Shown here in pieces: positions 62,289 to 64,000 of a DNA stretch of 64,000 nt. The stretch comes from Podarcis vaucheri (Eukaryota). The notes under the pieces were generated by a model that saw only the letters and a program-made list of their open reading frames with translations, had not been told where the DNA came from and searched no databases. A program made the translations under genes and the position numbers. Position 1 is the first letter of the stretch; the number at the start of each line of letters is the position of its first letter. The DNA is taken from the NCBI GenBank assembly GCA_965113315.1, contig OZ220372.1. One strand, written 5' to 3'.

Positions 62289-62998
62289 CTGCAACATAGG
62301 TTCAGATCATCAGCATCTTATTTGCTCATTTTATCTCAAATTAATTGAACCAAAAAGAAGGCACCCCCCAAAAAACCCCCTCTAAATCTATCTTATTTCT
62401 CTTACCATCACTACTGCTTTTTTCTTCTGCCATTCACTGTGATCCATGTCTCTAAGTTATGCCTTAGGCCAGCCTTGGGCAGCCCAGAGCCCTTCAGATA
62501 TTTTGAACTACAACTCCCATCAGTTCCAGCTAGCAGGACCAAAGGCTGCCTAAGGCTGGCAATGGTTGCTACAGACTATAAATTCACTGGACCATGGACT
62601 GTAAGTACTTAGCAATTATAAATTACCATTTAAGTGAGGAGAACAGGAGACCAAAATGTCAGAAATGTCTCGAGTGAACTCTAGCTTCTCATTCTAAAAA
62701 GGCAATGCTAAATTTGATCCTTGAATTTCCTGATTTTGCTACTTGGAAAAAGAAAAAAGCCAGAACTGGAATACTTTGCATTTTGGAATGCATACAATTT
62801 TGCTTTCTACAGCTACTTTTGCTACAATGTGTGTTCCAGGCTCCTAGATTAATTGGGACATTGACAGGATCCTATCAGCTCTGGTGAAAGGACAATTGTA
62901 CTTACAATGATCAGCAAGATGAAGTAGATGAAGTTGTAGAATGAATGAGCGTCCATCACGTAGTACATAATCTCCACCCACCCTTCCAGTGTAATCAC
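1315..62998 (-). CDS. CACNA1I: Voltage-dependent T-type calcium channel alpha-1I (Cav3.3), partial multi-exon gene (24 exons, DI pore loop to DIV pore loop)
   Basis: 24 exons with canonical AG/GT boundaries join in frame (3777 nt). Pore motifs TLEGW, TQEDW, SKDGW and TGDNW give the EEDD T-type filter. The short I-II loop and motifs [61 protein letters not shown] and [13 protein letters not shown] favour CACNA1I over CACNA1G/H. Confidence 0.96.
2552..2630 (-). CDS. CACNA1I: CACNA1I exon (~exon 30): [29 protein letters not shown]5
   Basis: ttcttag|GTG...CTC A|gtaagt; 79 nt; absent from the ORF track. Confidence 0.95.
3473..3494. repeat. (GT)n microsatellite
   Basis: Pure GT run. Confidence 0.9.
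6115..6410 (-). mobile_element. CR1 LINE 3' fragment
   Basis: Reverse complement of the CR1 3' UTR at 57.7-58.0 kb (taagaacatgagaatgtaagaagagcc...agtagccatcaac). Confidence 0.65.
8380..8450 (-). CDS. CACNA1I: CACNA1I exon (~exon 29): [24 protein letters not shown]
   Basis: atgacag|TT TTG...CAG|gtaaat; 71 nt. Confidence 0.95.
9357..9540 (-). mobile_element. Squam2-like tRNA SINE
   Basis: Reverse complement of the 35934 family (ctctaccactgagccacagccc; catctagctcaatactgtc). Confidence 0.7.
9604..9737 (-). CDS. CACNA1I: CACNA1I exon (~exon 28): [44 protein letters not shown]
   Basis: tttaaag|G TGG...CGA G|gtgagc; 134 nt. Confidence 0.95.
10623..10732 (-). CDS. CACNA1I: CACNA1I exon (~exon 27): [36 protein letters not shown]
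   Basis: attcctag|TCT...AG|gtgagc; 110 nt. Confidence 0.95.
12243..12627 (+). mobile_element. Solo LTR (385 bp)
   Basis: TGTTGG...CCAACA termini, perfect 5-bp TSD GATTC (12238-12242 and 12628-12632), TATA-like motif near 12291, AATAAA near 12435. Confidence 0.75.
14765..14979. mobile_element. Tc1/mariner (Tigger/pogo-like) MITE
   Basis: TIR CAGTGGTACCT...AGGTACCACTG; internal repeats gttcttaacctga. Confidence 0.8.
15158..15309 (-). CDS. CACNA1I: CACNA1I exon (~exon 26): [12 protein letters not shown]...[12 protein letters not shown]1
   Basis: atggcag|AA GCA...ATG|gtgagt; 152 nt. Confidence 0.95.
16323..16515 (-). CDS. CACNA1I: CACNA1I exon (~exon 25): [16 protein letters not shown]...[12 protein letters not shown]6 and III-IV linker
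   Basis: aattccag|CCA...AGG A|gtaagg; 193 nt. Confidence 0.95.
16528..16555. repeat. (AGAC)n microsatellite abutting a splice acceptor
   Basis: 7 units ending ~12 nt from the exon boundary at 16515. Confidence 0.9.
18778..19086. mobile_element. Harbinger-like MITE, degraded
   Basis: Imperfect TIR GGGCGCCTCCAGAC / GTTTGGAGGGGGCC, preceded by TAA. Confidence 0.45.
19892..19981 (-). CDS. CACNA1I: CACNA1I exon (~exon 24): [34 protein letters not shown] pore
   Basis: gttgcag|GCT...CAG|gtatgg; 90 nt. Confidence 0.95.
21237..21666 (+). mobile_element. Squam2-like SINE interrupted by a solo LTR
   Basis: Head and body to 21383; tail resumes at 21628 (gactcgatagaaggcagctttctatgttcct). Confidence 0.7.
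21384..21627 (-). mobile_element. Solo LTR (244 bp) nested in a SINE
   Basis: TG...CA ends, 5-bp near-TSD ggtct/ggtgt, AATAAA on the minus strand. Confidence 0.6.
22416..22541 (-). CDS. CACNA1I: CACNA1I exon (~exon 23): [46 protein letters not shown] turret
   Basis: ttcttgcag|CTG...CAG|gtaaat; 126 nt; N-glycosylation sequons NIT and NRS. Confidence 0.95.
24277..24515 (+). mobile_element. Squam3/Ther1-type CORE SINE, older copy
   Basis: A box TGGTGTAGTAGTT, B box GGTTCAAATCC, gggtgaccttgggccag core, A-rich tail. Confidence 0.75.
24554..24680 (-). CDS. CACNA1I: CACNA1I exon (~exon 22): [42 protein letters not shown]
   Basis: tttttcag|G GTT...CAG|gtactg; 127 nt. Confidence 0.95.
25253..25437 (-). 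CDS. CACNA1I: CACNA1I exon (~exon 21): [23 protein letters not shown]...[17 protein letters not shown]3-S4
   Basis: cccctag|GTA...AG|gtgaga; 185 nt. Confidence 0.95.
26658..26726 (-). CDS. CACNA1I: CACNA1I exon (~exon 20): [27 protein letters not shown]2
   Basis: ttccag|GAG...AAA|gtaagt; 69 nt. Confidence 0.95.
27558..27752 (-). mobile_element. Squam2-like tRNA SINE, degraded
   Basis: gaacataggaaactgccttata...gagccttctgcattcaaag...cactaagctatgg. Confidence 0.55.
29633..29756 (-). CDS. CACNA1I: CACNA1I exon (~exon 19): [45 protein letters not shown]1
   Basis: ttcag|A TTT CGC...ACA|gtgagt; 124 nt. Confidence 0.95.
30124..30375. mobile_element. hAT-type MITE
   Basis: CAGGGCTCAGCAAAC...GTCTGCCTACCCATG ends; 8-bp near-TSD gtgtaacg/atgtaatg. 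Confidence 0.7.
30607..30707 (-). CDS. CACNA1I: CACNA1I exon (~exon 18): [33 protein letters not shown]
   Basis: ttcacag|AGC...AA|gtatgt; 101 nt. Confidence 0.95.
31979..32018. repeat. (TA)n microsatellite
   Basis: ~20 TA units. Confidence 0.95.
32199..32498 (-). mobile_element. Squam3 SINE (Squam3B-like, lacertid) with (CTT)n tail
   Basis: tRNA-like head GAGAGCCCGTGTGGTGTAGTGGCTAAGAGC, CORE-like GTGACCTTGGG, end GCGGGATATCAAATCCAAAC followed by (CTT)n. Confidence 0.8.
32756..33175 (-). CDS. CACNA1I: CACNA1I exon (~exon 17): [11 protein letters not shown]...[14 protein letters not shown] loop
   Basis: ttattgcag|TCT...TAT|gtaagt; 420 nt. Confidence 0.93.
34109..34281 (-). CDS. CACNA1I: CACNA1I exon (~exon 16): [17 protein letters not shown]...SRKSSVMSL
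   Basis: tgctcag|AT CCA...CTG|gtgggt; 173 nt; this donor chosen because the next exon is phase 0. Confidence 0.85.
35934..36172 (+). mobile_element. tRNA-derived SINE (Squam2-like) with internal 42-bp tandem duplication
   Basis: GCTGTAGCTCAGTGGTAGAG head, tail taaggcagcttcttatgttcct; duplication 36061-36102 / 36103-36144. Confidence 0.75.
36534..36615 (-). CDS. CACNA1I: CACNA1I exon (~exon 15): [27 protein letters not shown]
   Basis: aatgcag|GGT...TCG G|gtaaga; 82 nt. Confidence 0.92.
36996..37151 (-). CDS. CACNA1I: CACNA1I exon (~exon 14): [14 protein letters not shown]...EGFQAE, DII pore/S6
   Basis: gttacag|ATC...GAG|gtgagt; 156 nt. Confidence 0.95.
37615..37732 (-). CDS. CACNA1I: CACNA1I exon (~exon 13): [40 protein letters not shown]
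   Basis: tccaacag|C ATC...CAG|gtaaga; 118 nt. Confidence 0.95.
37871..38613. mobile_element. Probable solo LTR-like insertion
   Basis: TG...CA ends with 5-bp direct repeat TGGCT (37866-37870 and 38614-38618); terminal inverted repeat is imperfect. Confidence 0.4.
39068..39105. repeat. (GT)n microsatellite
   Basis: Pure GT run. Confidence 0.95.
39287..39472 (-). CDS. CACNA1I: CACNA1I exon (~exon 12): [30 protein letters not shown]..., IIS4-S5
   Basis: ttttgtag|C ATC...AG|gtgaaa; 186 nt; S4 basic repeat. Confidence 0.95.
40078..40120. repeat. (AC)n microsatellite
   Basis: Pure AC run. Confidence 0.95.
40365..40605 (+). mobile_element. BovB-like (RTE) LINE 5' region fragment
   Basis: cacccaagatggacaggtcatagtggagag...gcaagccactccagtatccctgccaagaaaactccatggac resembles the BovB 5' region as recalled. 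Confidence 0.7.
41066..41186. repeat. ~120-bp hairpin-forming palindromic element
   Basis: gtattcaac..tcctactcag..ccattgaagttaatggacc pairs with ggttcattaatttcagtgg..ctgagtagga..gttgaatac; related copies near 8050-8230, 17670-17750, 22000-22080, 36240-36335 and 49880-49950. Confidence 0.65.
41590..41741 (-). CDS. CACNA1I: CACNA1I exon (~exon 11): [11 protein letters not shown]...[15 protein letters not shown]2-S3
   Basis: ctcctgcag|CCA...AG|gtaatg; 152 nt. Confidence 0.95.
42872..43250 (+). mobile_element. L2-clade LINE 3' end, relatively young
   Basis: Encodes PVYLKERL...[14 protein letters not shown]...[16 protein letters not shown]...[10 protein letters not shown]; (ATT)n tail; CpGs retained. 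Confidence 0.8.
43490..43529. repeat. (CT)n microsatellite
   Basis: Pure CT run. Confidence 0.95.
44605..45051 (+). mobile_element. L2-clade LINE 3' end, second copy, with (ATC)n tail
   Basis: Clearly homologous to 42872-43250; [24 protein letters not shown] motif. Confidence 0.8.
46632..46649 (-). CDS. CACNA1I: Candidate 18-nt alternative microexon (VEPFPG) in the IIS1-S2 loop
   Basis: Long pyrimidine tract, then ctccctag|GTA GAA CCA TTC CCT GGG|gtgagt; phase 0-0 matches the host intron. Confidence 0.55.
46730..46741 (-). CDS. CACNA1I: Candidate 12-nt alternative microexon (ECGI) in the IIS1-S2 loop
   Basis: 118-nt AG-free pyrimidine tract with a CTAAT branch motif, then ccactcag|GAA TGT GGA ATT|gttaga; in frame, weak donor. 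Confidence 0.4.
47450..47590. mobile_element. Short palindromic hAT-like MITE (actcccatc...gatgggagt family)
   Basis: Internal inverted repeat; other copies near 10330-10455, 59715-59910 and 62470-62550. Confidence 0.6.
48457..49388 (+). repeat. Old dispersed repeat family (diagnostic motif gaaactgagagaaaccaaaattgacagattc)
   Basis: Related degenerate copies near 17950-18120, 19335-19690, 24790-25000, 31880-32570, 43270-43370 and 60445-60760. Confidence 0.55.
48751..49233. mobile_element. Tigger-like MITE nested in an older repeat
   Basis: TA-flanked; both ends carry cccacttacaca in inverted orientation; the host repeat resumes on both sides. Confidence 0.55.
51605..51770 (-). mobile_element. 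Squam2-like tRNA SINE
   Basis: ctctaccactgagctacagcccttcccc head (reverse), tail taggaagctg. Confidence 0.7.
52845..53251 (-). CDS. CACNA1I: CACNA1I exon (~exon 10): distal I-II loop and IIS1, ending ...MGIEHHEQ
   Basis: attccccag|GA CGT TGC...CAG|gtagct; 407 nt, phase 1-0. Confidence 0.92.
54278..54569. mobile_element. PIF/Harbinger-type MITE nested in a Squam2-like SINE
   Basis: TIR GGGCCAAACTAGATG / CATCCAATTTGGCCC, 3-bp TSD TCA; the SINE resumes as tcagtataaggtagcttc. Confidence 0.7.
56455..56761 (-). CDS. CACNA1I: CACNA1I exon (~exon 8): [26 protein letters not shown]..., IS6 and I-II gating brake
   Basis: ttcctag|GTG...TAC A|gtaaga; 307 nt, phase 0-1. Confidence 0.95.
57690..58025 (+). 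mobile_element. CR1 LINE 3' fragment
   Basis: IVKLWNLL...[17 protein letters not shown]-terminal motif plus 3' UTR; related copies near 6115-6410 (-), 16060-16220 (-) and 33560-33835 (+). Confidence 0.75.
58424..58899 (-). mobile_element. 5'-truncated RTE-clade LINE 3' end
   Basis: Minus translation [18 protein letters not shown]...[21 protein letters not shown]; (GAA)n tail; TSD ctacaaaaac (58414-58423 and 58900-58909). Confidence 0.85.
61072..61525 (+). mobile_element. 5'-truncated L1-type LINE 3' end
   Basis: ORF2-like tail ([19 protein letters not shown]...DWKKFKD...), AATAAA and A-tail, perfect 19-bp TSD gagagttctttgcattgaa (61053-61071 and 61526-61544). Confidence 0.85.
62251..62288. 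repeat. (GAAA)n microsatellite
   Basis: ~9 units. Confidence 0.95.
62906..62998 (-). CDS. CACNA1I: CACNA1I exon (~exon 7): [33 protein letters not shown] pore/S6
   Basis: tctatag|GTG...ATT|gtaagt; 93 nt, phase 0-0. Confidence 0.95.
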
Positions 62999-64000
62999 CT
63001 ATAGAAAAAGAAAACAAGAACAAAAAATGTAAATAACTACAGAAAGACTGCTCCAGTCCACACATTTTGTGTTATTTTGCTAGACTTTCAGTGTTAGGAA
63101 CCCTCCACTTGCTGCAAAAAAAGCAGAACCCACAAATCCTATAAATCTTTCCAATCCACTAAAGTAGCACTAATTTGATCTGGGCCAGCAATGCAGTACC
63201 TTTTCACTATGACATGAATGGAGGGATGGGAGTTTTGCTTCTGTGGGCTCTCTGAATCCAGTTGGGCTCTCTGAATCTGACACATTTAGCTGAATGAGAG
63301 CCAACCAAAGTTTAACACTTCTAAGTGAGTGCTGTTGATTTCAATAACATTTAAGTGTGTCCTTAACTTCCCCAATGCAATCAATTGGCAGCATATTCAA
63401 TGTTAGTCTAATCATATTCTCAGATGGCTTAAGAAATTAAAGGAAATAAGTGTAAGATTTAGGTGCATTCCCATGTTAGTCTCACCATGTATTGAAGGCC
63501 TACAGGCTAGGTTTGATCTAGACATGTAGACCAAGTAAATATGTAAACAAAAGTAGTTCTCTCTAGCACATTTCAGATGCTTTAATACCAGTTATGCAGT
63601 CTTTTAATCATCAAAAGAGAGTGGGGAAGTCAGGAGTTATACACTAATATCCTTATATTTGGAAACAGTGAGTTCACGGTTTAAGTGGTAGTTGAGCAGA
63701 TGAAACATATGGACGATAATCATGATGGTTCGTATTCCCTGACAGGCTTATTGCAACCCACTGCTGCACTGAGTAAATACTCAAGGAGCTAAGACATAAC
63801 AATTAATGACAACTGATTGTCATCCACATTATCAAGCTATTGCTGCGGGTGAATGGAATTTTAAGTTCACCCTATTCCAAAGGCCTACTGAGTAAGAGGA
63901 ACAGTAATATCTTACAACAAGAAAGATAGTAAGTTTGATATCTTCATTGGCTTTTCCTTATGGAGCAAAGCTTTTTAATCATCATCATCATCATATCTTG

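Overview
Vertebrate genomic DNA, almost certainly a lacertid lizard (Squam3B-type SINE, squamate L2/CR1/BovB/RTE/L1 remnants). The whole window lies inside one minus-strand gene, the T-type calcium channel CACNA1I (Cav3.3). I reconstructed 24 consecutive GT-AG coding exons (3777 nt, 1259 codons, all junction phases consistent). They run from the domain I pore loop (62998) to the domain IV pore loop (1315) and include all four selectivity-filter residues (E-E-D-D). The gene start and end lie outside the window. Introns contain SINEs, LINE 3' ends, solo LTRs, MITEs and microsatellites; most ORFs in the track are spurious. The best candidate for something undescribed is a pair of in-frame microexons (12 nt ECGI, 18 nt VEPFPG) in the 11-kb intron that interrupts the domain II S1-S2 extracellular loop. 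Also notable: a ~246-nt AG-free zone before the III-IV linker exon, a remodelled II-III loop, and recurrent rearrangement of one SINE family's 3' tail. Exon numbers and mammalian comparisons come from my recall of human CACNA1I, not from an alignment.
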